Shown: positions 27,038-37,518, counted from the first letter of the stretch. The stretch: 64,000 bases of DNA from a virus (IMGVR_UViG_2595698612_000001:10520-74519), one strand, 5' to 3'. Numbers and translations are program-made. Notes: generated from the sequence alone by a model not told the origin.

Positions 27038-27226
27038 TTAGAGTTGGAGGGCTTCGAGGTCGTCTTCGTGGGCATCGACCCACTCCTCGTACTCGGCGTA
27101 GGAGAGGTCGCCGTCCAGCATTTCGTCCAGTTTTCCTTCCACGAGAGCGGCGGCTTCTTCGAGGGAGATGATGCGAACGCGGAGTCCCCGCGCCCACTCC
27201 TCCTGCTCGTCGGTCAGCTCACTCAT
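27038..27226 (-). CDS. hypothetical acidic protein (62 aa)
   Basis: Coupled to thyX. Confidence 0.4.
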   Translation of the reverse strand: MSELTDEQEEWARGLRVRIISLEEAAALVEGKLDEMLDGDLSYAEYEEWVDAHEDDLEALQL

Positions 27227-27380
27227 GGTAGTAGGCGACAGAAAACTCGATTTCAGTCACTTCGGGTCGGAAGTGGTGGGTTTCGGTCAACCCCTCGATG
27301 CGGCAGTCCTCTCGTAGTACGTCGCTGAGAACGTCAGCGAGCATTGATGCAAGTTCGTCCTGCGTGGTAGGTGTAAGTCT
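27213..27380 (-). CDS. hypothetical small protein (~55 aa, not in track)
   Basis: ATG at 27380 preceded by the leader motif ACCAGAGAGA. Overlaps the next gene's ATG. Coordinates approximate. Confidence 0.3.
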
Positions 27381-27426
27381 CATAGATATGTCTCTCTGGT
27401 TCAGATTAGCGTACAGAACAGTCGCT

Positions 27427-27482
27427 CCTCACTCTATTAGACGGTGCGTAAAGACTTAAAAATTCCTCTTTTCGTCTTATCC
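27427..27482 (+). promoter_or_regulatory. composite operator/promoter element, copy iii (C module degenerate); heads the thyX-dcd leftward operon
   Basis: CCTCACTCTATTAGACGG ... AAGACTTAAAAATTCC ... Confidence 0.5.
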
Positions 27483-27857
27483 GAGGATAGAGTAGCGGTC
27501 AAGACTAACCTGAGTCTGGTATTTTCCCTCCGGTGGGCGCTTTACGTGTTCAACCAATGCCGTCTTCAGCCACGACATTTGCTTGCCGATACCACCGAGT
27601 CCCGCTTCCTGAAAGGGGAACCCGAGCTTCGGCGCTACGCGGTCTACGTCGCTATTCAACTCATCGAGGATGCTGTCCTCCTTCCGGGCGGCCTTCCGAA
27701 TGGCCTCACAGTATTTCTTCCCGGCGAGAACGTCCACTTCTTCGGCCCGCTCAAGTCCGATGAACGGCGACCGAAGTGAACAGAAGTTGCCGTGGGCGAG
27801 CTGGTCTACGAACACATCGAGGTCGCGGTCGTCGATGTGAGTCTCGTAGGGTTCCAA
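27477..27857 (-). CDS. hypothetical protein (126 aa)
   Basis: Acidic ORF downstream of polB operon. Confidence 0.4.
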   Translation of the reverse strand: MEPYETHIDDRDLDVFVDQLAHGNFCSLRSPFIGLERAEEVDVLAGKKYCEAIRKAARKEDSILDELNSDVDRVAPKLGFPFQEAGLGGIGKQMSWLKTALVEHVKRPPEGKYQTQVSLDRYSILG

Positions 27858-28216
27858 TTCCTTCCACGGAGGAACGAAGCCGTGTTCGGCTGAGACGATT
27901 AGCCAGCGGTCGTAGAACGTCTCTGCGTAGCGGCGCTTAAGGTCTAAAGTAGTTCGAGGTGTAGAGGTCTTCGGCGCGGGAGGCTTCGTCGCGCTTGGCG
28001 GCTCCGCACCCGACGACGGCGACCTTCTCGCTCATCGTAGTTCCCGTCCGAGTCCGATTTCGGCGGCCTCGAAGTGGGACTCCATCACCTCTTGGTTGAC
28101 TGCTTGACCCTGTTCGGTATCCAGTAAGCTGTTCAGTTTGTCTCCGACGTAGCAGGTTTCACACATTGGTTCGTAGTTCGTGGGTACGACGGTGAGATGG
28201 TTTAGCATACGATTCC

Positions 28217-30808
28217 TCAGCAGAACGCCGCCAGTCCGGTTTGGCTCTGACCCTCGATTGCGGCGTCAACGTCAATGTCCACCGCGTCGAGGATGTCCAC
28301 CATCGGGTTCCGAACGAGCGTGTCCTGCATCCGCTTTACGTCCACGGTGAGGCGGTCACGGAGGTCGTCCAGTTGCGCTCCCCGCTCGAATCCAATCACA
28401 TCGAGGGTGTCTTCTTCGAGCGTCGTGTGCTTGAGGTAGACCCGTTTGACTGTGTTCCCCTTCCCGAAGTTACAGTCCTTGATGAACTTGTTAGCGTAGA
28501 ACGCCGCTCGGGGCGAAGCACCCTTCGGCGTTCCGTTCGTCCACGAGTAGTCTTCAAGTTCTTTTCCAAGACCGCCGGGGATTCCGATTAGGTCGAAGTC
28601 CGGGTTCGAGGCGTCGATGCGCTCGGCCCCTTCCCGAATGATGCGGCGAATGTCGTCGCTGGAACCACCACGGACGATGGTTTCCAGCGTCTCTCGCTGA
28701 ACCTCCTTAGTGAGCTGAGCCGTGTTCGCCTTCTTACACGGGTAGCCGGAGATGGAGAGCTTACCCTTGCCGTCCTTGATTTGGGCGTCGTAGTCCATCC
28801 CCTCGTCCCACACCTTCACGTAGGCGTAGAACTTCTTTTGCCCGGACATGAAGAAGTGAGAGGCGTACATCTCAATCTCAATCTGGAACCGGCAGGGGTC
28901 GGTCGGCATCCCGTACTCGGCGGCCAGTTCGACGTAGACCTCGTTGTTCAGTTCGTCCGTGATGGATTCGGCTTCGCGGAGGCACTTCTCTTGCTCCCAC
29001 TCCGGGGGGAACTCGATGTAGTTTGAGTCGGTGTCTCCATATGCCACATTTGCGACAGTTTCCTCGTTGACGTGCTTCGCCGTGCGCTTAATCACAGCCT
29101 GCCCGGTAAGGGTGACAGCGGCGGCAATATCGTCGTCGTAGAGGAAGAACCGAACCCATCCAAGAACGCCGTAGATAGAGTTAACTATCGTCTTCCTGAC
29201 ACTATACTCCTCGGCCCACTCAGCCTTCTTCTCGGCGCTCAGGGAGTCGTCCTTCTTCATCTCCCCCGCGTGTTCCTTCAGGCGGAGAGCTTCGTCCACC
29301 AGTTCGCGGAACACGCCGTCGAAATCGAGCCGGAAGTAAACGTCGTTGGCCGCCTTCGCCACCGGCACGAGGTCGCCGCCTTCTTCGAGAACAGCGTAGA
29401 GGCCATCGTCGTGTTCCTCCACGTAGAGCGGGTCAACCTTCGTCTCCGGGCTGGCGTTCAGCATCCAGATAGCGTTCGGGTACAGCGAAGCGAGGTCGAT
29501 GCCGACCACGTTCTCCTTGAGTCCCTTGAACGCCGGGAACACGTAGGCCCCGTCGTACTTCTCGGTGTCCTCCGGCGGGTCGGCGGTCGGCCCGGCGTAG
29601 CCCTCTTTGTAGAGCTTCCGGCGAATCATCATCTCGATGAACTCGTTGTTCGCCGTGGTCTGCTCGAAGTCCAGACCAATTGTGTCACGGAGTGCCTTCT
29701 TGAACGCGAGAACATTCGCGGCTTCGTTGATACCGACCGTGAGGAAAACGTCCTTAGTGTTGTAGTTGAGGAACTTCCGGGTGTTCTCCGAGTATAGCTC
29801 GTAGAATCCCTTGTCCGTGTGTTCAATCTTCGCGTCTTCCAACTCCATCTGAGCGGCGTTGTCCAGCGCCCCGCTGACCTTCGTGAACTTCGTGTCCTTC
29901 CACGCTTCCATCAGGTCGTAGCAGGTACGTCCCTGAATCGTCGGGCCGCCGTACCCGGTGTATGCGTTCCCGGTGCGGGAAAGGCGGTCAGCGTTGACGC
30001 CGCGTTCCTTCATCCGCTCGATAACGAACGGGGTGTCGAACCCGTTGCTGTTCCAGCCAACCACGAGGTCGCTGTCCTTCTCGCTCACGTACTTGGCGAA
30101 CTCCGTGAGCATCTTCCGCTCGTTCGGCTCGAACTTGAGCTGGTCAAGGTGTTCGAGGCCGAGGTCGCTTGGGTGGCTCACCGCATCGAGGTCGGCGTCG
30201 GGGAAGCGTTCCCCAAGACCGTGACCGTCGAGGTCGATGAACCCAACGTACTCGTCGGTGTAGTTGTCGTGAGCGACGATGGAGAGGATACGGGCCTGTC
30301 CGTAGTCGGGGAAGCCCTCACCCCGGTCGTCCGTCTCTATGTCGAACGTGAGAACACGGGGCGGCGCGTCCATCTCCACCGGCTCAAGCTCGTCGGGAGT
30401 GACCCTGCCGGACGGGGCGCGAACGCCGGTCTTGATGTTGTAGTCGATTCGGAGCCGGTCGGTGTAGTCCACGTCGGCTTCCCACGACTTCGAGAAGAAC
30501 GACGCGACCTCGCCGGTCTTCTTCGGGTTGTTGACGATTACCTTCGCCAACTCGTCTCCGTCCACGAGGCCGGTGAACTCGGTGTCGTCGTACCCCTCGA
30601 TGTGGTCATTATCGAACGGGTCTACCTTCCCCTTCTCCTCGGCGGGGACGTAGAAGTAGGCGGGGAAGTTCTCCACCACGATTGAGTCGTGCTTCCCTGC
30701 TTCGGTTCGACCGAACAGCTTGACCTTCGGGGTGTAGTCTTCGTAAATCAGTTCGGTGTTTGTGACGTAGATTTCCTTCATTTTAAACGAGGCAGGCGCT
30801 CCATCCAC
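28217..30808 (-). CDS. polB: family B DNA polymerase (863 aa)
   Basis: Exonuclease motif FDIETDD, polymerase motif A DLASLYPNAI, motif C YGDTDS. Confidence 0.9.
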   Translation of the reverse strand: MDGAPASFKMKEIYVTNTELIYEDYTPKVKLFGRTEAGKHDSIVVENFPAYFYVPAEEKGKVDPFDNDHIEGYDDTEFTGLVDGDELAKVIVNNPKKTGEVASFFSKSWEADVDYTDRLRIDYNIKTGVRAPSGRVTPDELEPVEMDAPPRVLTFDIETDDRGEGFPDYGQARILSIVAHDNYTDEYVGFIDLDGHGLGERFPDADLDAVSHPSDLGLEHLDQLKFEPNERKMLTEFAKYVSEKDSDLVVGWNSNGFDTPFVIERMKERGVNADRLSRTGNAYTGYGGPTIQGRTCYDLMEAWKDTKFTKVSGALDNAAQMELEDAKIEHTDKGFYELYSENTRKFLNYNTKDVFLTVGINEAANVLAFKKALRDTIGLDFEQTTANNEFIEMMIRRKLYKEGYAGPTADPPEDTEKYDGAYVFPAFKGLKENVVGIDLASLYPNAIWMLNASPETKVDPLYVEEHDDGLYAVLEEGGDLVPVAKAANDVYFRLDFDGVFRELVDEALRLKEHAGEMKKDDSLSAEKKAEWAEEYSVRKTIVNSIYGVLGWVRFFLYDDDIAAAVTLTGQAVIKRTAKHVNEETVANVAYGDTDSNYIEFPPEWEQEKCLREAESITDELNNEVYVELAAEYGMPTDPCRFQIEIEMYASHFFMSGQKKFYAYVKVWDEGMDYDAQIKDGKGKLSISGYPCKKANTAQLTKEVQRETLETIVRGGSSDDIRRIIREGAERIDASNPDFDLIGIPGGLGKELEDYSWTNGTPKGASPRAAFYANKFIKDCNFGKGNTVKRVYLKHTTLEEDTLDVIGFERGAQLDDLRDRLTVDVKRMQDTLVRNPMVDILDAVDIDVDAAIEGQSQTGLAAFC

Positions 30809-30898
30809 AGTTCAGGCAGGTGCGGCATCCGCCCTGCGGGGCTATTCGGGGGTTGTTACATCCACACGGTGCGGCTTGCTGGTGACTCTGGTTCTTAC

Positions 30899-31372
30899 TC
30901 ATCGCTGTTTGGTGATTTTGACCTCAGAACGCTCCCACGTTGTTTTCGCCGTCGCTTCCGGCGCGACGTGCTGTACGTCCTCGAAACCGTCTCGGTTCCG
31001 CTCGATGCGGCTCTTTCCTTCGATGATGGTGTTCGCTTCGGGGTCGTATGCGACGACCTCGCCATCTAAGAACGCCACCGGGTCGTACTCGATAACCCGG
31101 CTGTCGTCGCGTTCCACGATGAAGATGGACTTGACGCCCATCCCACGAACTTGATTCAGAACATCCTCGGAGATTGCGTACCCCGCGAACTTGCGGAAGT
31201 AGTGCTGGTCGGCTTCACCCTTCCCGTGTCGATTCCGGGGGAAGGCGGCAACCCGACCACGGTGAGCGTCCTCTCCGAAGTGGCCGATTACTACATCCGA
31301 TTTACGTATCGGAGCAACGAGTGTCGTTTTCGGTGCTGGTGTTTTTGCGTAGTCGTGTAGTGTGCTACTCAT
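30899..31372 (-). CDS. hypothetical protein (157 aa)
   Basis: Coding-like ORF upstream of polB. Confidence 0.45.
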   Translation of the reverse strand: MSSTLHDYAKTPAPKTTLVAPIRKSDVVIGHFGEDAHRGRVAAFPRNRHGKGEADQHYFRKFAGYAISEDVLNQVRGMGVKSIFIVERDDSRVIEYDPVAFLDGEVVAYDPEANTIIEGKSRIERNRDGFEDVQHVAPEATAKTTWERSEVKITKQR

Positions 31373-31553
31373 TCTCTCGTTGTCGTTCCCGCATCGTCGC
31401 GTTCTTCGCTATCTCCAAGCAGAAATGGCAGAGCGACTTGCCGGGAATTGGCTCTCTATTATCGCACTTTCGGCATTTCGTCATGTCTCTGGATTCGTGC
31501 CGCACCGCCAGCGGATGCTGACGGCGTTTCGACCGAAACAGAGATACAGAGAA

Positions 31554-32468
31554 TTAGAGATACGCCGGGGACTCGCCCCGATACTCGTCTTTCCACTCAG
31601 CGTAGCTGAGCGTGTCGTCGCGGTAGAAGTAAGCCCGACCGGGGAACGGGTGTTCCTCGTCGGGGCCGATACACATTTCGTCCCGAGAGGGAGGTCGGGC
31701 CTTCCGCTCGGTTTCGAGAAGCGACGGAGTTTGTGGGTGTTCGACCTCCCGCCGTCGCCGGTTTAGGAACGCGGAGTCAACGCGGTCTTCCTTGTTCCAC
31801 GAGAGCAGGACGTTCTCCATCGACCGCTCGATGCGGTCATAATAGTTGTAGCCGTCCTCCCCCCACTTATCGCCCTGCCACACACTCCCGAATTGAGCCG
31901 CCTTCAACGGCGAGGCTGTGTCAACGGAGTGAACAGGGACGTAGTGGGATAACTCGAATTGTCGGTGGGGGCTACCACCGAGGATGTGAACGCTTCGGCA
32001 GTTACGGTATTCCCATACAGGCCACGGTACACCACCAAAGCGGTCTTGAGCGGGGAGTCCAACGCGGAACCGAGAGGGAACACGGTCGGGCTTGACGCCC
32101 TTTGGAACCACGATGACAACCTCTGCGTGGCGGCGAAGCTGGTCAGCCTTAGCAAGAGTAGAATTGAGGGAAGACTCGTCCTCAATATCAGGCGCAACAG
32201 CATATTTTGGCTTTTCGCGTTTCACCACATCGAGGTGGGATTCCCACTTCTGGTCGAACGGAATATCATCTTGAAGAAACGGCCAATCGACGAACTCCAC
32301 CGGAATTTCCCTCGGTGGTCGGGCTTTCGTACTTTCCATCCCCACAAGCGAGCCACCACGGTAGGCCGCTCGGGGCATATCCTCGCCACCGCAGGACGTT
32401 ACTATAACATCAATTCGGTCGGGTGAGCTGGTGCTGTCGCTGGTCGATGCGTACTCGGTGAGACTCAT
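31554..32468 (-). CDS. hypothetical protein (304 aa)
   Basis: Long coding-like ORF; no motif recognised. Confidence 0.5.
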   Translation of the reverse strand: MSLTEYASTSDSTSSPDRIDVIVTSCGGEDMPRAAYRGGSLVGMESTKARPPREIPVEFVDWPFLQDDIPFDQKWESHLDVVKREKPKYAVAPDIEDESSLNSTLAKADQLRRHAEVVIVVPKGVKPDRVPSRFRVGLPAQDRFGGVPWPVWEYRNCRSVHILGGSPHRQFELSHYVPVHSVDTASPLKAAQFGSVWQGDKWGEDGYNYYDRIERSMENVLLSWNKEDRVDSAFLNRRRREVEHPQTPSLLETERKARPPSRDEMCIGPDEEHPFPGRAYFYRDDTLSYAEWKDEYRGESPAYL

Positions 32469-32651
32469 TAGGAATTGTCGGCTACTTCAGGGAGTGAGCG
32501 TGCTGTGCGTACAACGTATTGCGGATGGTTTCCGCCCGCTCCGCTTCCTCGTGCTGTCTCACCACACGCTTCATCTGAGCGTACTCCGTGAGGAACGAGG
32601 CGAGGTCATCGAACGATTCGTTGTGTAGGACGAAGCTGAGGTTTCCTTCGG

Positions 32652-32861
32652 TCATTTTCGGTTTTTGTAGAGCTTGTATTCGCGCTTCAGTACGTCGTAG
32701 ATGGTTCCGAGTCCGTAGCTCAGGACGAGAACCCCGAGCGGAATCAGGCAGAGTCGCAGGAACGCTTCCTCATCACTCATCGACGCCGAGTTGTGAGGGG
32801 ATTTTCGTGTTACCGAACGGAGCGCACCCCTTACAGTAGACGACCGAGGCGGTCGCCCCAC
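32652..32861 (-). CDS. small membrane protein (69 aa)
   Basis: C-terminal hydrophobic helix. Confidence 0.35.
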   Translation of the reverse strand: MGRPPRSSTVRGALRSVTRKSPHNSASMSDEEAFLRLCLIPLGVLVLSYGLGTIYDVLKREYKLYKNRK

Positions 32862-33012
32862 GGTAGCGGGCGCTTCGTTTCTGAACCACGTAGTAATCGT
32901 CGTTCGACTCGGGGTTCAGGTAGTTGAACTCCTTTCCGCACTTCGTACAGTTGTGGGGGAGATTGAAGTCCATCAGGCGACCCCCGCCGCTTCGAGTCTG
33001 TCGTTCACCCAC
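32773..33012 (-). CDS. zinc-ribbon protein (79 aa)
   Basis: CTKCGKEF ... CKGC cysteine pairs. Confidence 0.4.
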   Translation of the reverse strand: MGERQTRSGGGRLMDFNLPHNCTKCGKEFNYLNPESNDDYYVVQKRSARYRGATASVVYCKGCAPFGNTKIPSQLGVDE

Positions 33013-33185
33013 CGGAGGGTCGAACGCTCCTTGTCCGTCGTCGCTTGAATCATCGCCAGCGGAGCGTTGACCTGAACGGTCGCGGCTTCGTCAGCGTAAT
33101 TCTCCCGGTCGGGAATCCGGCTGTCGTTCTCGATTTCTTCGAGTCGCTGTTCGATGCTGTCTTTCAACTCCCGTAGCTCACTCAT
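32973..33185 (-). CDS. hypothetical protein (70 aa)
   Basis: Coupled small ORF. Confidence 0.4.
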   Translation of the reverse strand: MSELRELKDSIEQRLEEIENDSRIPDRENYADEAATVQVNAPLAMIQATTDKERSTLRWVNDRLEAAGVA

Positions 33186-33405
33186 TGATACTCAACACCT
33201 CGATGTTGCCTTGCCGCAGGTCGATTCCGTCTCGGATGATTTCGAGGGGGTCGTTGTGGAACCAGTAGTCGGCATCCACAGCGTTCTCGATTTCATCCGG
33301 TGGGTAGATTGTCAGTCGTTGCGTGAACTCTACGTCGAGTGTGATTCCATCTTCCATTAGTGAATCCGAACGAGGCCCCAACAGTTGTGACACTTCGTAG
33401 CCCAC
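33178..33405 (-). CDS. hypothetical protein (75 aa)
   Basis: Coupled small ORF. Confidence 0.4.
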   Translation of the reverse strand: MGYEVSQLLGPRSDSLMEDGITLDVEFTQRLTIYPPDEIENAVDADYWFHNDPLEIIRDGIDLRQGNIEVLSINE

Positions 33406-33484
33406 GTTTCGCCGTCGTGGTGGTCGGGGCTGATTTCTTCCTTGTAGTAGTCCTGTTCCTCAGGTGGACAGTCGCAATGGCTCA

Positions 33485-34501
33485 TCAGTAGGGATACCAG
33501 TTCTTCGTTCGCTTGTGGTTCGTTATCTCGTCCTTCGGCTTCGTGGAGCCGTCCGGTTCCGCGAATCCGTGGTAGCCTTCACCGCCCTTCTTCCCCCACG
33601 TCGAGGCGCACTCGTCGTAGAAGAAGCACTTGCCGTGACCGTAGTGACAGAGCGGGCCGGTGTTCAACTCGTAGTTCTCCTCGGTCGGCTTCATGTGCAT
33701 CCCGAGGACGGCTTTGCGGATGATGTGTCGCCGGTCTTCGTCCGGGTAGGGACTGACGACCAGCTCATCCTCTTGCGGGTAGTACCCGGCGACCCCGGCG
33801 ATTTCGTAGTCGAGTTCGTTCTCGAACAGCCAGCCGTAGAACTCTCCTTCGAGGTAGATTCCCTTGTGGCGGTACTTCTCGTCCTGAACCTTCCCGGTCT
33901 TGTAGTCAACTATGACCACACCTTCGTCGGCTTCGATACCGGGGACGGTCGCGGCGTGGAGTAGTGCGTCGGCGTACCCCATCCACGGGAGTTGTCCGAT
34001 GGGAATGTCGTCGCCTTCGAGTCGGCCTTCGACCTCTACCCCGAGGGGGAGCCACGCATCGAGGGCGTACTCCATCACGGTCTTGCCGTCGCGGGGGTCG
34101 TCCAGAGCGCGGAACTTCGCGGCGGCGTAGTCACAGGCCAGCTCCCACCGCTTGTCCTCGAACTTCCAGAAGTTCTCGATGTGTGGGTGAAGCCATTGTG
34201 CGTAGTCCTCCCACGGCCCCATCACATCGGCATACCACTCAGGGCGCTCTCCGTGTTCCTCAACGTACTCGATGAGGTTGAGGTGGAAGTCCTCGTAGGC
34301 CCGGTGAATCTGACTCCCCTTCTCCGTGTGGTAGGAACCGGGAGTCCGGTTGTCCATCCAGTAGGAGTAGAGGAACTTCCGAGGGCATTGGAGGTACGTC
34401 TTGATTCGTGACTTCGAGATGTGTTCGAGGCCGTTCTCGGCGTGGTCGTCGGGAACAGTCAGGTCGATTTCTCGCCCGTCGTCAGTTAGTGCCTTGCTCA
34501 T
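33485..34501 (-). CDS. Cas4/RecB-like PD-(D/E)xK nuclease with Fe-S cysteines (338 aa)
   Basis: N-terminal CPRKFLYSYW plus C-terminal CHYGHGKCFFYDEC (four-Cys cluster). Catalytic IVDYKTGK motif. Confidence 0.75.
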   Translation of the reverse strand: MSKALTDDGREIDLTVPDDHAENGLEHISKSRIKTYLQCPRKFLYSYWMDNRTPGSYHTEKGSQIHRAYEDFHLNLIEYVEEHGERPEWYADVMGPWEDYAQWLHPHIENFWKFEDKRWELACDYAAAKFRALDDPRDGKTVMEYALDAWLPLGVEVEGRLEGDDIPIGQLPWMGYADALLHAATVPGIEADEGVVIVDYKTGKVQDEKYRHKGIYLEGEFYGWLFENELDYEIAGVAGYYPQEDELVVSPYPDEDRRHIIRKAVLGMHMKPTEENYELNTGPLCHYGHGKCFFYDECASTWGKKGGEGYHGFAEPDGSTKPKDEITNHKRTKNWYPY

Positions 34502-34715
34502 CTTCCAGTACCTCTACGTGTTCGGTTATGTCCATCGCGTGAAGCTCTCCGTCTCGTGTTTTGAACTCGATTACCGCTCGGTCTTCCCCGGCGGCCCTGC
34601 GAAGAATATCCATCAGAATATCCTTCGTTTCCTGAGGGAGTCCGACGCTCACGAGAACAACGCCTCCGCTTGATTCTTCATCACACGGGGTTCCGGGTCG
34701 AACACGCCCTCCCAC
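34482..34715 (-). CDS. hypothetical protein (77 aa)
   Basis: Coupled small ORF. Confidence 0.35.
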   Translation of the reverse strand: MGGRVRPGTPCDEESSGGVVLVSVGLPQETKDILMDILRRAAGEDRAVIEFKTRDGELHAMDITEHVEVLEDEQGTN

Positions 34716-34806
34716 TTTTTGTTCCGCTCCTTTGCTATCTTGATTGCTCGCTCTATTTCGATTGCGAGAGCGTCAATCTCGTCGTGTAGGTCTTGGTCTT
34801 CTTCGT

Positions 34807-35151
34807 TCATCGTAGGTTGCTGGCGAGATTGACGTAGCCGAGACGGTCACGGTAGTCGTCCTCGTTGTAGTCGCCGCCCTGCGCTCGGGCCAGCTTGAAC
34901 AACGCCATCAGTTCCGCCACGTCAGAGCTGGTTAGTTCCCATTCGAGTCCGTACTGAATCGAGAGGTAGGTTGACCAGTACGCGGCGATTCTGCTGAAAG
35001 AGTCCTCGGGAGGGCCGTGTGTTTCCGAACGCCCCTCGATGATTTCCTTCGCTTCTTCGAGCAACACTCCGTTATTTATCTCGTCCATGTCGTACTCGGT
35101 CGTATTTGATTTCGTCCACGTCCATTCGGTCGTGTTCTGTCGGTTCCTCAC
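34807..35151 (-). CDS. hypothetical protein (114 aa)
   Basis: Acidic ORF. Confidence 0.4.
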   Translation of the reverse strand: MRNRQNTTEWTWTKSNTTEYDMDEINNGVLLEEAKEIIEGRSETHGPPEDSFSRIAAYWSTYLSIQYGLEWELTSSDVAELMALFKLARAQGGDYNEDDYRDRLGYVNLASNLR

Positions 35152-35458
35152 AGACCGGACACATCATCTCGGTCTGCTCACCCCTGTCTCGCTGGCTGAT
35201 TACGTCCGTATCGAACGCTTGGCACTTGGAACACCGATACCGGAAGGCGTCCTTGATACCCCGAACTTGCGACCGGACGATTCGACCGCCCTGAATCTGC
35301 TTGAGGCCGTTCTCGTAGTAGAACTTGACCGTCCCATCAGGGAGGTTCATCACATCGACTACGTTCTCGTACTCCCGAAAGTCCGTGAGGTTGCCGTCGT
35401 CGTCAACCTGAGCGAGATGGATGTTGTGGCTGATTCCGTCTGTTCCGAAACTCATCAT
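35072..35458 (-). CDS. zinc-ribbon protein (128 aa)
   Basis: YRCSKCQAFD and CPVCEEPTEHD. Confidence 0.4.
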   Translation of the reverse strand: MMSFGTDGISHNIHLAQVDDDGNLTDFREYENVVDVMNLPDGTVKFYYENGLKQIQGGRIVRSQVRGIKDAFRYRCSKCQAFDTDVISQRDRGEQTEMMCPVCEEPTEHDRMDVDEIKYDRVRHGRDK

Positions 35459-35473
35459 TGTAGTGGAGGGCGC

Positions 35474-35854
35474 TTACTCGTCGTCCGGTGCGAAGTACCC
35501 GGAGTGCTTACCGTCGCGTTCTCCGAGCAGTTCGAGGTCGCCGCGCTGAAGTCTGAGGTAGACGCCGAAAGAAGACTCCTTGAGTCCTTCCAGAATCTCT
35601 ATGAGCTGTTCGTCTTCGTCGCCCTTCGCCATGAGAATCCTCTCATCGAGGGCGTTACTCAACTTGAGCGCCCCCGACTTGTAGGCGTCCAGCTCTTGAT
35701 GAGCCGTCTTAATGTCGCCCACGAGGTCGGCCAGCGACTCGTCCTCGCCGCCGATTTCCACGGTCGTCTCACTCATCAGGCGTTTCAACTCCTCGGTCTT
35801 CTCGGTGGGGTCAGTCACGTCCATATTAGATTCCTCCTGCTTCCGCGTCAACAC
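35474..35854 (-). CDS. hypothetical coiled-coil protein (126 aa)
   Basis: Acidic helical ORF. Confidence 0.4.
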   Translation of the reverse strand: MLTRKQEESNMDVTDPTEKTEELKRLMSETTVEIGGEDESLADLVGDIKTAHQELDAYKSGALKLSNALDERILMAKGDEDEQLIEILEGLKESSFGVYLRLQRGDLELLGERDGKHSGYFAPDDE

Positions 35855-36251
35855 GACCCGCCGCCTTCGGGTCGTTCACGATTTTGTAGGTCGGTCGTCC
35901 TTCGTCGCAGATGAGGCCACACTCGGGACACACCGGCTCTCCGGTGTCTATCTTCCGAGCGGCTTCCTCACAGTCAGGGCAGGTGAGGGTTTCCTCAGTC
36001 ACCTTCTTCTTGAGAACGCGACCTCTCGGCGCGTCGTGAGCGACGGGAATGAACTCGTCGTAGTAGCCCTCCATCAACTCGCCGTCAATCATCCGTCCGG
36101 GGTGGTAACGGCGGAGGTGGGTGGGCATCCAGTCGTACTTGGTTTCGAGAGCGAACTTGTGGAGCGCCCAGTAGTCGTGGATTCCGGGGCCGCTTTCGAT
36201 GGTAGTGGTGTCGGCTCTTGGCTTCCCGAAGAACTCGTCTTTGTTTTCCAT
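35826..36251 (-). CDS. zinc-ribbon protein (141 aa)
   Basis: CPDCEEAARKIDTGEPVCPECGLICDEG. Confidence 0.4.
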   Translation of the reverse strand: MENKDEFFGKPRADTTTIESGPGIHDYWALHKFALETKYDWMPTHLRRYHPGRMIDGELMEGYYDEFIPVAHDAPRGRVLKKKVTEETLTCPDCEEAARKIDTGEPVCPECGLICDEGRPTYKIVNDPKAAGRVDAEAGGI

Positions 36252-36339
36252 TTAGTGTCCTGCTGGTTGCGTACTGCTAAAGAGTCGGAGAGCGGTACAT
36301 AACTCTTAAGATAAGAGTCGGAACTATCTCGATGAGTCT

Positions 36340-37518
36340 TTACGGCTGGTACTGAACGTCGTAGAGCCACGTCAGCGGGAGGGAGTCAGAGACGCCGTGG
36401 ATTGTCGCACCCGGCATCGACCACTCGCTGATGGACTCCTCGAAGTCACCCGGCGGCTTGATGGAACCGGAGCGAATCACGGGAACGTTCATCACGCGGT
36501 CAACGCCCTGCGTGTGGTAGTGCCCTGCGTAGGCAATGTCGAAGTCGTGCTGAAGGAGCCATCCGCGCCAGTCGCGCTTCGAGGCCGCAGTCCCGATGTG
36601 TTCCGCCGCGTTCTGTCCGTGTCGGACGTGAGCGTTGTGTCCCCGAATCTCGAAGTTCGTGAAGCCCGTTCGGTCGTTACGGATGAAGGTGATGTTGTCG
36701 TACTCCGACGCCCGGACAACCGCATCGAGCATCCGGTACACAATGTCGTCACCATTCGCTTGTTGGCTCGAACCACTAATGCGAATCTCGCCGTGGTTGC
36801 CGGTCTGACACACCACCTGAACAGCGTCGAACTTCTCCGCGAGAATCCGAATCTGCTCGAAGTGAGCCTGAGTCGCAACGTCAATCTGCTCGTTCAGGTT
36901 CATCTCCATCTCCCACGCCTGCCCTCGGTAGATACCGGAGCCGGTGATAATGTCGCCGCCCATCACGTAGTGAACGGTGTGGAAGTCCCACCCGGCCTTC
37001 CGCTGTCGCTCGACCAGTTCGAGAGCCTTCTTCGTCCGGTAGCGAATCCGCTCAAGAGCGATTTCGGTGTTGAAGACCTCGTTCCCGAACTCGTCTTCGA
37101 GAACGTCTCCAATGTGGTCGTCCGTGACGTGAATCACCACGTCTTCCTCGCCGCCCTCGGAGAGCGGGACGGCGCTGATAGCGGGTTCCGTGTTGTTCAG
37201 AACCTTATCGAGACGCTTCGAGAGCGACCCGGCGGCCTTGTTCAGCCGCTTCGTCTTGGTGGCCTTCGTGGTGGAACCGTACTCGCGGGTCTTGTTCTGG
37301 TTCGTGGGGTGTTCCTTCTCCACGTCCCGCATATACGCTTCGACCTTCCCCTCGATGCGTCTTTTCGCAAGGGGAGCGCCCTTGCGCTCGATACTGCTGA
37401 TGTGGTCGCGGGCGGTTGACTCGGAGAAGCCGAACTCCTCGGAGAGCTGAGAGTAGCCAGCGGGCAGGTAGTCGATGATTTCCAGTTCGGTGGGTGTGAG
37501 GTTCTGTTCGTAGTTCAT
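36340..37518 (-). CDS. HTH domain fused to calcineurin-like metallophosphoesterase (Mre11/SbcD-like, 392 aa)
   Basis: N-terminal HTH. Phosphoesterase motifs GNHGEIR (GNH[DE]) and GHYHT (GHxH). Confidence 0.65.
   Translation of the reverse strand: MNYEQNLTPTELEIIDYLPAGYSQLSEEFGFSESTARDHISSIERKGAPLAKRRIEGKVEAYMRDVEKEHPTNQNKTREYGSTTKATKTKRLNKAAGSLSKRLDKVLNNTEPAISAVPLSEGGEEDVVIHVTDDHIGDVLEDEFGNEVFNTEIALERIRYRTKKALELVERQRKAGWDFHTVHYVMGGDIITGSGIYRGQAWEMEMNLNEQIDVATQAHFEQIRILAEKFDAVQVVCQTGNHGEIRISGSSQQANGDDIVYRMLDAVVRASEYDNITFIRNDRTGFTNFEIRGHNAHVRHGQNAAEHIGTAASKRDWRGWLLQHDFDIAYAGHYHTQGVDRVMNVPVIRSGSIKPPGDFEESISEWSMPGATIHGVSDSLPLTWLYDVQYQP

Noticed and set aside
17882-30808. Inteins in nrdJ, polB or rtcB.
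   Set aside because: Protein lengths are close to intein-free homologs. No intein block motifs or LAGLIDADG/HNH insertions were seen inside these ORFs.
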